From Candidatus Bipolaricaulota bacterium (GTDB lineage Bacteria; Bipolaricaulota; Bipolaricaulia; UBA7950; UBA9294), in contig JAPLGD010000046.1 in NCBI GenBank assembly GCA_026390345.1, positions 1 through 59,003 on the forward strand: a DNA stretch of 59,003 nucleotides, read 5' to 3'. Shown one piece after another: positions 9,346 to 18,588 of this stretch; within the stretch, counting starts at the first letter, position 1; each line of letters starts with the position of its first letter. A program made the position numbers and the translations under genes. The notes beneath the pieces are model-generated. The model did not search any database. It was not told the origin of the DNA and saw nothing but the letters and a program-made list of their open reading frames with translations.

Positions 9346-10146
9346 GTGGATAGCACGACGCTGATTGCGGTGTTGGTCGGGGCGCTTGTCGCGGGCCTGG
9401 CCCTTCTTTTCCTCGTGGGAGCACCGTCGGATGAGACCGCGGTGGCGCAGCCGGAGGTTTCCGAAACGGCGGCGGCATCTACGGCTGGGACGTACTGGCA
9501 ACCCGTGTCGACCTCTACGCCTGCGTCGTCTCCCGTGAATGCGCCGACGTTCGCGGCTCCGACGGCCGTCTCCTCAGCCTACCTTGTCGGCTACGAACCG
9601 TCCGGCCCCTGCCCCGCGTGCATGGCCTCGTCGGCGCAATCGAAGACGCCGATTTCAGCCGCCGTCTTCGCACCGGCGACCCCCGCGCTCGTCGGCGGAT
9701 GCGGCACTCCCATTGCACCGTGCGGCGCGCCCGCTTGCAGCAAGCCGTCCTGCGGAACTCCGTCCTGCGCGGTCAAGCCGTGCGGCTCGCCATCCTGTGG
9801 AATGGCGGTCCCGACCTGCACCACCGGGTGCACCTCGGCGCCCTCTTGCGAGCTTGGCTGCGGAGTTCGCCCGCAGATCAACCGGAACATGCCGCTCTGC
9901 GTCGACGAGTGCTCGTTCGTCCAGCTGCACGCGTCCGTGCCTCAGCCCGTGTGCCGGAGCATGCACTTCGAGTGGTCTGCGACGAAGGGCTACTTCCTCG
10001 ATCCCACGGCCGGCGACCCCGTCTACTTCGCCCCAACGACGTACTTCCCGGGCGGCGAAGAGGTCTGGGTCACGCTGACCTTGACCGACGCGCAGGGGCT
10101 TCGCTACACCGATCAGGTCGAACTCCACGTGAACAACGTCCGCTAG
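9346..10146 (+). CDS. Membrane-anchored Cys-rich protein with Cys pentapeptide repeats and a C-terminal PKD/Ig-like domain
   Basis: GGGAGG SD then GTG; N-terminal TM helix; S/T/P/A linker; 16 Cys; FEWSATKG...VTLTLTDAQG at the C-terminus. Confidence 0.75.
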   Translation: MDSTTLIAVLVGALVAGLALLFLVGAPSDETAVAQPEVSETAAASTAGTYWQPVSTSTPASSPVNAPTFAAPTAVSSAYLVGYEPSGPCPACMASSAQSKTPISAAVFAPATPALVGGCGTPIAPCGAPACSKPSCGTPSCAVKPCGSPSCGMAVPTCTTGCTSAPSCELGCGVRPQINRNMPLCVDECSFVQLHASVPQPVCRSMHFEWSATKGYFLDPTAGDPVYFAPTTYFPGGEEVWVTLTLTDAQGLRYTDQVELHVNNVR

Positions 10147-10169
10147 TCCGCAAGCAGCGAGGTTTCCGT

Positions 10170-10790
10170 ATGCGTCTCCGCGCGGTCCTGTTTGACATGG
10201 ACGGAACGGTGTTCGATTCACACCTCGACTGGATCGAGCTTCGTCGTTCGATGGGGCTTCGTCCCGACGGACGCGCCATCATGGCCCAACTCGAGGGAGC
10301 GTCGGAGGCCGAGAGGGCGCGCTGTCTCGCCATCCTTCACGCGGCGGAGCGAAACGGAGCGGAGCGAGGGGAGATCGTCCCCGGAACCTTGGAGCTCCTC
10401 GGCGCCCTGCACGACCTCGGTATCGCCTGCGCCCTGGTCACGAACAACTCCCGAGCCAGCGCCGAGACGGTTCTCGCGAAGCATCCGATGCCCTTCGACC
10501 TCGTGATGACGCGCGACGACGGCGCGATGAAGCCCGACCCCAAGGCGCTGCTTCTTCCCCTTGCCCGTCTCGGAGTGAGCCCTCGCGACGCACTCGCGAT
10601 CGGCGACGCGCACCTCGACGCCCTCGCCGCTCACGAGGCAGGAATCGCGGAAATCCTCCTCGTCCGCCTGCCGGAGTGGATGCGGGCTCTCATCCCTCCC
10701 GACGTGGCGTATCGCGATGCGGTCGATCTCATCCAGGCGCGCGAGATCATCGAATCCCTGATCTCGGAGCGTCCTCTTCAGGCTTGCTAG
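10170..10790 (+). CDS. HAD-family hydrolase (phosphoglycolate phosphatase-like)
   Basis: LFDMDGT, LVTNN, KPDP, IGDAHLD motifs. Confidence 0.9.
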   Translation: MRLRAVLFDMDGTVFDSHLDWIELRRSMGLRPDGRAIMAQLEGASEAERARCLAILHAAERNGAERGEIVPGTLELLGALHDLGIACALVTNNSRASAETVLAKHPMPFDLVMTRDDGAMKPDPKALLLPLARLGVSPRDALAIGDAHLDALAAHEAGIAEILLVRLPEWMRALIPPDVAYRDAVDLIQAREIIESLISERPLQAC

Positions 10791-12205
10791 GGGGCGTTCT
10801 TCGTCCAGATCGTCCCTTGCGGGGAGTCCTTGAGCACGATGCCGACCTCCGCCAAGCGATCGCGGATTCGGTCACCTAGGGCGAATTCCTTCCGACGCCG
10901 CAGCTCGCCGCGCAACTCGACCAGGAGGTCCATGAGCTCCGCCTCGCAGCCACGGTCGGCGGCGGCCTGTCGCTGAAAGAGGCCGAGGGGACAGCCGAGT
11001 TCGCGCACGAGCGCCGCGGCTTCGCGCAAGGCCCGCCGGTCTTCGCCGGTCGCCTCGGCGCGGAACCGGTTGATCTCATTCACCAACTCCTGGATGACGC
11101 CCAGTCCGCCGACGGTGTTGAAGTCGTCGTCCATGACCTCGACGTACCGATCGCGGAACTTTGCAAGCTTCCTGACGAAGTCGCGCCCGCCCGTCCCCGG
11201 CGGACCGTCGTCGCCGCGCAACTCGGAGTCCGCATCCTCCAACAGGCGGCGAACTCGGGCCACGGCGGCGGCGGCGGCGTCCAAACCCTCGTCCGAGAAG
11301 TCGAGCGGCTTGCGGTAGTGGCGGGAGAGGTAGAAGTACCAGACCGTCTCGGCCTCGTGCTTCTCCAGGATCTCGTAGGCGTAGCGGAAGTTGCCGAGCG
11401 ACTTGTGCATCTCCTGCTCGCCCATGTGCAGCATGCCGTTGTGCATCCAGAATCGGAAGAACGGCTTGTCGCTCGTCACCCGGGCCTGTGCGATCTCGTT
11501 CTCGTGGTGCGGGAAGATGAGGTCGTTCCCGCCGGCGTGGATGTCGAGACGCTCGCCGAGGTGCTTGCGCGACATGACGACGCACTCGGTATGCCAACCG
11601 GGCCTGCCGCGGCCCCACGGCGAGGGCCAATCGGGCTCGCCCGGCTTCGCCGCCTTCCAGAGCGTGAAGTCGAGCGCGTTCTCCTTCCGATCGGACACCT
11701 CGACGCGCGACCCGGCTTCCTGCTCGTCGAGACTTCTCCCGGATAGCCGGCCGTAGCCTTCGACGGACGACACGCGGAAGTAGACATCGCCGTCGCGCAC
11801 GTAGGCGGACCCGTTGTCGACCATGCGCGCGATCAGCTCCACCATCTCGCCGATGTGTTCCGTCGCCCGCGGGCTCGCCGACGGGCGCTCGACGCCGAGA
11901 GCGTCCTGAAGGGCGAAGTAGGCGTCTGTGTACGTCCTTGCGAGAGCCTCGACCGACTGCCCCGTCTCGGCCGCTCGGTTGATCAGCTTATCATCGACGT
12001 CGGTCACGTTCTGAACGTAGACGACGCGCCACCCGTGGAACGCCTCCAGGTACCGCCGGAGGGCATTGAAGACCAGCACCGGCCGCACGTTGCCGATGTG
12101 CAGGTGGTCGTAAACCGTGGGGCCACAGACGTACATCCCCACGGTGCTGCCGTCGGACGGAACGAACTCTTCGAGGCTCTTCGTCAGGGTGTTGTACAGT
12201 CGCAT
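10787..12205 (-). CDS. cysS: Cysteine--tRNA ligase
   Basis: MYVCGPTVYD, HIGN, NVTDVDDK, GRPGWHTEC, FPHHENE, KMSKS variant EMHKSLGN, DRIRDRL. Confidence 0.97.
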   Translation of the reverse strand: MRLYNTLTKSLEEFVPSDGSTVGMYVCGPTVYDHLHIGNVRPVLVFNALRRYLEAFHGWRVVYVQNVTDVDDKLINRAAETGQSVEALARTYTDAYFALQDALGVERPSASPRATEHIGEMVELIARMVDNGSAYVRDGDVYFRVSSVEGYGRLSGRSLDEQEAGSRVEVSDRKENALDFTLWKAAKPGEPDWPSPWGRGRPGWHTECVVMSRKHLGERLDIHAGGNDLIFPHHENEIAQARVTSDKPFFRFWMHNGMLHMGEQEMHKSLGNFRYAYEILEKHEAETVWYFYLSRHYRKPLDFSDEGLDAAAAAVARVRRLLEDADSELRGDDGPPGTGGRDFVRKLAKFRDRYVEVMDDDFNTVGGLGVIQELVNEINRFRAEATGEDRRALREAAALVRELGCPLGLFQRQAAADRGCEAELMDLLVELRGELRRRKEFALGDRIRDRLAEVGIVLKDSPQGTIWTKNAP

Positions 12206-12266
12206 GCCCCACCTCCTTGTCGTCGATTATAGGAGCCGTCGCGTGTTCCCACCACGCCGCGCTCTG

Positions 12267-13334
12267 CTATCGTCGCTCCGCGCGGACGAGATAGCGCGAC
12301 AGCACAGGCAGGAGGACCACACCGAGACCGAGGAGCGCGGCATTGATCGCCCAAAACCGTGCCGGAGACATGTCCACAACGCCAGTCGCGTAGCGCATGG
12401 CGTCCGCCATGTACTGCAGGGGCGTCGCGGCGCTGATGGCGCGGAGGAACCCAGGCATGATCTCCACCGGGAAGTAGATTCCCGACACGAACATCATGAC
12501 CATCGAAAGGACGTTGGCCAGGTTCGCGGCGCTCGAAGGCTGGCGGACGACGAGGGCGATGAGAGTTCCCATTCCCATCGATCCGATGGTCGCCGCGGCC
12601 ACGGACACGACGTATCGCAGCCAGTCGACGTGCAGCTCGACGCGGAATACCAGGATGGCGACCCACAGCGTGATGAGGGTGGACGCGAACACCACAACCA
12701 GGCGGGAGGCCACGACAGCCGCGACCAGACTCGCTGGCCGCATCGGGGTCACGATGAACCGATCAAGCAGCCTGCGGCGCTTCATGGACGTGATATGCCC
12801 GGCGACGGCGAAGAGACCTGCAGAGAGCACAGAGAACGCGACGATTCCCGGAACGACGCGGGTCAGCCAGTCGGCGTTCCCGCCACCCCCCTCCACGACC
12901 TGTTCCACCGCCACGAGGGGCTCTCGCCCCTGGACCGCTAGTTCGAACCGTGAGGCAATCCCGCGCGCCAACTCCTTGTAGGCAGAATTCTCTTGCGCTC
13001 GCCGCACATCCACGACGGTCGTGAGGATCGTCCCGTCCCACATGAGGCCGAAGTCGACATCCCCCGCCGCCACGTCGGCTTCCAGCGCGGGTGATGTGGT
13101 GTACTCGGTTGTGCGAAGACCTCTGACCTCCGCGATCACGTCCCTCAGGCGTTCGCCTCCCCCTCCCTGCACCACGAGGCCCAGGCGGCTTCCCTCCGCG
13201 GACCCCATTCCACCCATCATTGCACCGAAGATGAGGATGAACAGCAGCGGGAAGAAGAACGTGAACGTGAGCGACGTCTTGTCGCGAGCGAGAATTCGAA
13301 GCTCCGCGGCCAGTAGAGCGCGCAACGCGGTCAT
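12267..13334 (-). CDS. ABC-2 type permease
   Basis: FTFFFPLLFILIFG, VVPGIVA, SGIYFPVE..P, PLQY; ATGA overlap with the upstream gene. Confidence 0.9.
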   Translation of the reverse strand: MTALRALLAAELRILARDKTSLTFTFFFPLLFILIFGAMMGGMGSAEGSRLGLVVQGGGGERLRDVIAEVRGLRTTEYTTSPALEADVAAGDVDFGLMWDGTILTTVVDVRRAQENSAYKELARGIASRFELAVQGREPLVAVEQVVEGGGGNADWLTRVVPGIVAFSVLSAGLFAVAGHITSMKRRRLLDRFIVTPMRPASLVAAVVASRLVVVFASTLITLWVAILVFRVELHVDWLRYVVSVAAATIGSMGMGTLIALVVRQPSSAANLANVLSMVMMFVSGIYFPVEIMPGFLRAISAATPLQYMADAMRYATGVVDMSPARFWAINAALLGLGVVLLPVLSRYLVRAERR

Positions 13335-14545
13335 CGCTCCACATCCCAGCGCAGCCGGAACACCGCTACCACAATGCACAACGCAATCCAGGCCACGGGA
13401 ACAGCGATCGTCGCGGCCGTCGGCAAGACGCCCGCCCCCGTGCCTGTGCTCGCCCGCAGTCCGTCGGCAAGGTACGTCACCGGGTTCGCGAGCATCACCG
13501 CGCGGAGCGCTACGGGAAGCTCGCCGATCGGAAAGAAGAGCCCGCCGAGGAACATCATCGGCATGTTGGCGATGTTCGCGATCGCCATGCCGGCATTCGC
13601 TGTGCGGGCAAGAGCGGCAACGAGGAACCCGAGAGCGAGGAACGTCACGACCGCGAGGATCAGGTAGAGAAGGGGGAGCGGCCGAAGCAGGTCGACGCGT
13701 GCGCCGAAGGCAAAGCGCCCGAGGAGAACCACGCACGCAAACTGGAGCACGCACAGACCCAAGTGACCCAGCGCAAACCCGGCGAAGTACCGGGGCACGT
13801 TGAGTGGGGTCACCCAGTACGCCCGCAGGATCCGCTGCTCCCGTCCGAACAGGATCGTGCCCGGCACGCTGAACAGGCCCGCCGTGAAGAATCCCATGAT
13901 GACGATCCCGGGAAGGAGGAAGTCGACGTACCGAAACCCTCCGCCTTGGCTTCCGACTCCGCGCTCCTCGAGCACGAGAGCGCGACTGGAATCGAAGAGC
14001 CCGAGCTTCGTCAGGATTTCGCGGTCGACGCTCACGAACACCTGATCCAGGATGGAGACGACGAGGTCGGACGACGTCCGGCCGGCGCTCGTGTGGACAA
14101 CCAGTTTCGACGTGGCGTTCTCCTCGGGGGCGAGCGCGGCGCGAGCCACCGAGGCGCTGAATCCTTCTGGGATGAGGACGACCGCAGCACGATTTCCGAC
14201 CCGCAAGGCCGCTAGCTCGCTCTCCACGTACGCGGGCACGTCCGCCCCCTGCTCAGGGACGTGCAACGCAAACAAAGGGTCCTGGCCCTCGCCTCGCGGC
14301 TCGCCCAAGCGACGGAAGACCTCAACGATTCCAGCCGAGAAGTCGGCCGTCCCCGCCACCGGGCGGTCGAGGTTGACGAGCGTAACGTCGAACGTCATCT
14401 CGTCCACCTCAGTTCCGACGTTCGAGAAGATGAGCGCCAGGAGGGTGAGAAGGAAGAGGGGAAAGGCGAGGAACCAGAACAGGGTGATTCGCTCGCGCAG
14501 CGCGGTGGCAAGCTGAGCACGGGCCACCGAGAGGATGCTTCTCAT
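13331..14545 (-). CDS. ABC-2 type permease
   Basis: LFWFLAFPL, YVDFLLPGI, GGLFFP, NPVTY; ATGA overlap. Confidence 0.9.
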   Translation of the reverse strand: MRSILSVARAQLATALRERITLFWFLAFPLFLLTLLALIFSNVGTEVDEMTFDVTLVNLDRPVAGTADFSAGIVEVFRRLGEPRGEGQDPLFALHVPEQGADVPAYVESELAALRVGNRAAVVLIPEGFSASVARAALAPEENATSKLVVHTSAGRTSSDLVVSILDQVFVSVDREILTKLGLFDSSRALVLEERGVGSQGGGFRYVDFLLPGIVIMGFFTAGLFSVPGTILFGREQRILRAYWVTPLNVPRYFAGFALGHLGLCVLQFACVVLLGRFAFGARVDLLRPLPLLYLILAVVTFLALGFLVAALARTANAGMAIANIANMPMMFLGGLFFPIGELPVALRAVMLANPVTYLADGLRASTGTGAGVLPTAATIAVPVAWIALCIVVAVFRLRWDVER

Positions 14546-15462
14546 TCCCGAAGCCTCCGGCCGGTCATCGAGAGGAAGACGTCCTCTAAGTTCGGCTGAC
14601 GCACGGTCATCCCCGCGAGCGGGCTCGCCGCGGCCGCCGACCATTCGAGCAGCCGCGCCATGGTCGCCACCAGGTCCCCCGTCTCGACGAGGATGAGGTC
14701 CCCATCCCTGCGGACTGCCTTGCAGGCGGGTCCAAGGAACTCCGGAGATGGCGCGACGCCCGCCTGGGCAACGAACTCAATAAGCGTCTCGCGACCCAGT
14801 TGCGCCGCCAGCTCACGCGGAGAGCCTTGCGCAATGAGGCGTCCGTGGTCCATGATGCACACCAGGTGGGACAGGCTCTCCGCTTCCTCCATGTAGTGCG
14901 TCGTCAGGATGATCGTCTTCCCGGCGTCGGTTAGGCCGGTCACAAGCGACCAGATGTTGCGGCGCGCTTGCGGGTCGAGGCCCGTGGTCGGCTCGTCGAG
15001 GAAGATGAGGTCGGGGTCGTTGATGAGCGCCACGCCGAGAGCCAGGCGCTGGCGCTGTCCGCCCGAGAGAGTCTTCACGTAGGCGTTCGCCTTCTCCTCG
15101 AGTGACACCTCGCGCAGGACCTCGCTCGGCGACCGCGGAGAGTGGAAGAAGGACGCGAACAAGCGCAAGACCTCCTTCACTCGCAAGTACGGCTCGAAGT
15201 TGCCCTCTTGCAGAAGGACGCCCATCCGCTCCTTGATCGTACGGTCAATCCGCCGAACGCGTTGTCCGAGAACCTCGATCTCGCCTTCGTCCGCATCGCG
15301 GATCCCTTCAAGGATTTCGAGCGTCGTCGTCTTGCCGGCCCCGTTCGGACCAAGCAGCGTGAAGACGTGGGCCGCCGGGACGACAAAGGTGACTCCGTCC
15401 ACGGCATGGACCTCGCCGTAGCTCTTGCGGAGATTCGTCACCCGCACCGCTGCCTGATCCAT
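14542..15462 (-). CDS. ABC-2 transporter ATP-binding protein
   Basis: GPNGAGKT, LSGGQ, FLDEPTTGLD, TTHYMEEAE, PNLEDVF. Confidence 0.95.
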   Translation of the reverse strand: MDQAAVRVTNLRKSYGEVHAVDGVTFVVPAAHVFTLLGPNGAGKTTTLEILEGIRDADEGEIEVLGQRVRRIDRTIKERMGVLLQEGNFEPYLRVKEVLRLFASFFHSPRSPSEVLREVSLEEKANAYVKTLSGGQRQRLALGVALINDPDLIFLDEPTTGLDPQARRNIWSLVTGLTDAGKTIILTTHYMEEAESLSHLVCIMDHGRLIAQGSPRELAAQLGRETLIEFVAQAGVAPSPEFLGPACKAVRRDGDLILVETGDLVATMARLLEWSAAAASPLAGMTVRQPNLEDVFLSMTGRRLRE

Positions 15463-15512
15463 GCCAACCACCTCGAGGGTCAATCCTACCGCGCTCCTGC
15501 CCGACGAGTACC

Positions 15513-16325
15513 CTACCCAACTCCAGCGACCCGCCAGGCTCCCAATGCCACGGCGGCAAGGTCGTCGGCCACCCACGTCGGCCGCACGGTCGAGCCAGCG
15601 AGATCGGGCTCACGGCTGACTCCGGAGAGGACGAGGGCCGTGTCCATCCCCGCCGCGCACCCACCGACGATGTCGGTCTCAAGACGGTCGCCGATGACGA
15701 GGACTCGCTCCTTCGGCGTTCCGAGTTCCTCGAGGGCAATCGCAAACGCCAACGGTGACGGCTTGCCGATCACCGCGTCCGGCTCGTATCCCATCCCGCG
15801 CAGGGCCCCGACGATGGCTCCGGCCCCGGGGACGAGGCCGTCCGTCGTCGGGAACGTGGCATCCTCGTTCGTGACGAGAAGGCGCGCCCCGGCGAGCAGC
15901 GCCTGCAGGGCCTGGGAGAGCTTGGCGTACTCGAATCTGCGATCCATCCCCACGACGACCCAGTCGGCGTCCACGGGCCTTTCGGCCAGGCAATGCCCCG
16001 CCGCCACCAGCTCGGTGCGCAGGCCCTCTTCGCCGAGAACCCAGACTCGCGCGGCGCCGGAGACGTCGCGAAGGTAGCGAGCAGCCAGGTACGACGTCGC
16101 GAAGATGTCTGCCGCGGAGATCCGAAACCCGAGAGACGTGAGGTGAGCCGACAGTTCGCTCCTCGACCGCGTCGAGTTGTTCGTCAGGAGCACGGCACGA
16201 CCTCGTGCTTGAAGCGCCTGGAGGCCTTCCACCGCTCCGGGAAGAGGCTGGGAACCCCGGGTCAGGACGCCGTCGACATCGACGAGGAAGGCTTCGTACG
16301 ACCGGCCGTTCTTCGCGCTCGCCAT
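15513..16325 (-). CDS. HAD-IIA hydrolase (NagD-like)
   Basis: DVDGVL, LTNNS, IGKP, IGDRLETDI. Confidence 0.93.
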   Translation of the reverse strand: MASAKNGRSYEAFLVDVDGVLTRGSQPLPGAVEGLQALQARGRAVLLTNNSTRSRSELSAHLTSLGFRISAADIFATSYLAARYLRDVSGAARVWVLGEEGLRTELVAAGHCLAERPVDADWVVVGMDRRFEYAKLSQALQALLAGARLLVTNEDATFPTTDGLVPGAGAIVGALRGMGYEPDAVIGKPSPLAFAIALEELGTPKERVLVIGDRLETDIVGGCAAGMDTALVLSGVSREPDLAGSTVRPTWVADDLAAVALGAWRVAGVG

Positions 16326-16377
16326 GATGCGGAAACGGTATCCGACGGTCGCCTTCCGTTCACGGCGTTGACTCGCC

Positions 16378-17328
16378 CTACTCTTCCACGGTCGCGCTCA
16401 TCGCCCCGTAGTAGGTCGAGCAGCCGTCCGTCTCGCTTTCGTCCCCGACGATAATCCACCAGGATCCGCCCGCCGACAGATCGGCCCCAACGTCCCCCGT
16501 GTAGCGAACCTCGCCGTCCACGGCCAACGTGCACGCGTCGGCCGAGTAGGAGAGGACGTACGTATACCACTGGTACACCGCAGGCTTGAACGACACGGGG
16601 AGGATCGCGTCGGAGCCGTCTCCGGACGGCTCGTGAATGGTGGCTCCGTCCGACGTACCCGAGTAAACGAAGTACGGAAGTCCCGCAGCCGGGAGGTCGA
16701 ATCGAGAACGCCCGGGTGCGATGACGAACCCGTACCCCGCGTGGCTCTTGGTCGTCATCACCTCAAACGAGAACACGAGCTTCTGCCCGACACGAAGCGG
16801 AGGAATCGCAACGGCGGCGCCGCGGCGATGAAACCGATCGGTTGCGCTGTGGATGTAGAGGCAGTACCCCACGCCGTCCGACGACAGGTAGTCGATCCCC
16901 CCCTCTTCCTCGATGGCCGAGGTCGGGTCGAGGGCCCACCGTCCCAGGGCGGCAACGCCGTCGGAGAAGTCCTCCGCGAAGAGCCGTGTCCCGGTCCGCG
17001 CATAGACAGTCAGCTCCCGTGAGACCGTATCGGTGCGCCCCTCTCCGTCCGTCACCGTGAGGGTGATCGGGTACACCCCGGGGGCCGCAAAGCTGCTTGT
17101 GATCTGCTCCCCGGACTCTCTGACTCCGCTTCCGAGGGTCCAGGCGTAGTCGACGATGTCTCCGGAGGAGACGGACGCGTCGAGCGCTACGTCCTCTCCT
17201 GCGTACAAGACCACGGGCGAGACGTCGAAGTCGGCTACGGGCGCGGCCGAGAGGAGCGAGCAGCCGTAGAGCAGGCCGCCGCACACCAGTAGGCCGGCAA
17301 GCACGAAGTACCCGCGGCGCTTCCTCAC
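16378..17328 (-). CDS. PKD-domain lipoprotein
   Basis: Signal peptide with lipobox-like LLYGC; PKD motif (YAWTLG...PGVYPITLTVTDGEG); beta-rich C-terminal domain. Confidence 0.8.
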   Translation of the reverse strand: MRKRRGYFVLAGLLVCGGLLYGCSLLSAAPVADFDVSPVVLYAGEDVALDASVSSGDIVDYAWTLGSGVRESGEQITSSFAAPGVYPITLTVTDGEGRTDTVSRELTVYARTGTRLFAEDFSDGVAALGRWALDPTSAIEEEGGIDYLSSDGVGYCLYIHSATDRFHRRGAAVAIPPLRVGQKLVFSFEVMTTKSHAGYGFVIAPGRSRFDLPAAGLPYFVYSGTSDGATIHEPSGDGSDAILPVSFKPAVYQWYTYVLSYSADACTLAVDGEVRYTGDVGADLSAGGSWWIIVGDESETDGCSTYYGAMSATVEE

Positions 17329-18428
17329 GTGCCCACCTGGATGAGCCGGTCCTTCGGGAATGACGTGATCACTTCGCAGCCTTCGTCAGTGATCACGACG
17401 TCGTCTTCGATCCGTACGCCGCCGACCCCCGGAATGTAGACCCCCGGCTCGATGGTCGTGACCATTCCCCGAGCGAGCGTGTCCTTGCTCTGCGGGGAGA
17501 GCGCGGGCCTCTCGTGGATCTCGAGTCCAATCCCGTGGCCCAGCCCGTGTCCGAATCGATCTCCGTACCCGGCCTTCTTGATCAGGTCGCGAGCTGCGGC
17601 GTCGACCTCGATTCCCGTGGCGCCTGCGCGAGCGACCGCGATCGCGGCGATATTCGCTTGCAGCACGACGTCGTAGATCGCTTGGGCTTGGCCGGAGGGC
17701 TTGCCCACGGACAGGGTTCTCGTGATGTCGGACCGGTAGCCGTTCACGCAAGCCCCGAAGTCGAACAGGAGCAGATCCCCGCGGCGCAACTCGCTCCGCC
17801 CGAGAACCGGGTTGTAGTGGTTGAGCGCGGAGTTCTCGCCGGCCGACACGTTGATGTCGAACGCGATCCCCTCGGATCCCGCCTCGCGCATCAGCCATTC
17901 GAGTCGAAGAGCTACCTGTGCCTCGTCCATCCCCACGCGAATCTCGGGTACCAGTCGAGCCATGGCGTCGTCGGCGAGCCGCGCGGCCTTTCGGAGGCTC
18001 TCGATCTCCGTGGGCGACTTGACGGCGCGCAGGTCGTTCACCAGGTCCGCCTCGGGAACGAGGGTCGGCCCACCGAGCTTGCCGGTCGCGTCAAACCAGT
18101 GCTGCGTGACGCGTTTCGAAACGATCGCGACGCGCTCGAGTCCGAGCCCTTGGAGAACCGACACGATGCCAGCGCCCATCCAGTCACGCTCTTCCTGGAT
18201 ACGGATCTCTGCGGTCTCGCGCCCGACCTGCTCGGTGTAGCGCGAGTCCGTGACGAGAACAGTCTCCTTCGCAGACACGACCAAGGCGCCCTCGCCCGTG
18301 AACCCGCACAAGTACCGCAGGCTCGCGCGATCTGAACCCTCGTAGTTGTAGAGAAGAACGGCCTTCTCGGTGAGCCGCTCGATGAGCGCGCTCCGGCGTG
18401 CCGCGACGTCTTTCGTTTCGTGGGTCAC
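17325..18428 (-). CDS. Xaa-Pro aminopeptidase (M24B)
   Basis: DFG...GYRSDITRT, HGLGHGIGLEIHE, TIEPG, RIEDD; GTG start after GGAGGG. Confidence 0.95.
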   Translation of the reverse strand: MTHETKDVAARRSALIERLTEKAVLLYNYEGSDRASLRYLCGFTGEGALVVSAKETVLVTDSRYTEQVGRETAEIRIQEERDWMGAGIVSVLQGLGLERVAIVSKRVTQHWFDATGKLGGPTLVPEADLVNDLRAVKSPTEIESLRKAARLADDAMARLVPEIRVGMDEAQVALRLEWLMREAGSEGIAFDINVSAGENSALNHYNPVLGRSELRRGDLLLFDFGACVNGYRSDITRTLSVGKPSGQAQAIYDVVLQANIAAIAVARAGATGIEVDAAARDLIKKAGYGDRFGHGLGHGIGLEIHERPALSPQSKDTLARGMVTTIEPGVYIPGVGGVRIEDDVVITDEGCEVITSFPKDRLIQVGT

Positions 18429-18528
18429 GTTGCCCTCCGACGTGTGATGGTGTGGCGGTGGCGAGCCGACGAGGCGCTCCCGTTCGGCCCCGAAGGAGCC
18501 GTGCTCGTTCGGCCCCCGATTGCAGAGA

Positions 18529-18578
18529 ACTATACGCGCGGAAGTGTCCTTGTCAATAGAAGAAGCGACCGCTATAAT
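18529..18578. promoter_or_regulatory. Back-to-back divergent promoters sharing the -35 region TTGTCAA
   Basis: Plus strand: TTGTCA(18550)-17-TATAAT(18573) toward pheS; minus strand: TTGACA(18556)-16-TATAGT(18534) toward the peptidase. Confidence 0.75.
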
Positions 18579-18588
18579 CCCCGGCCAA

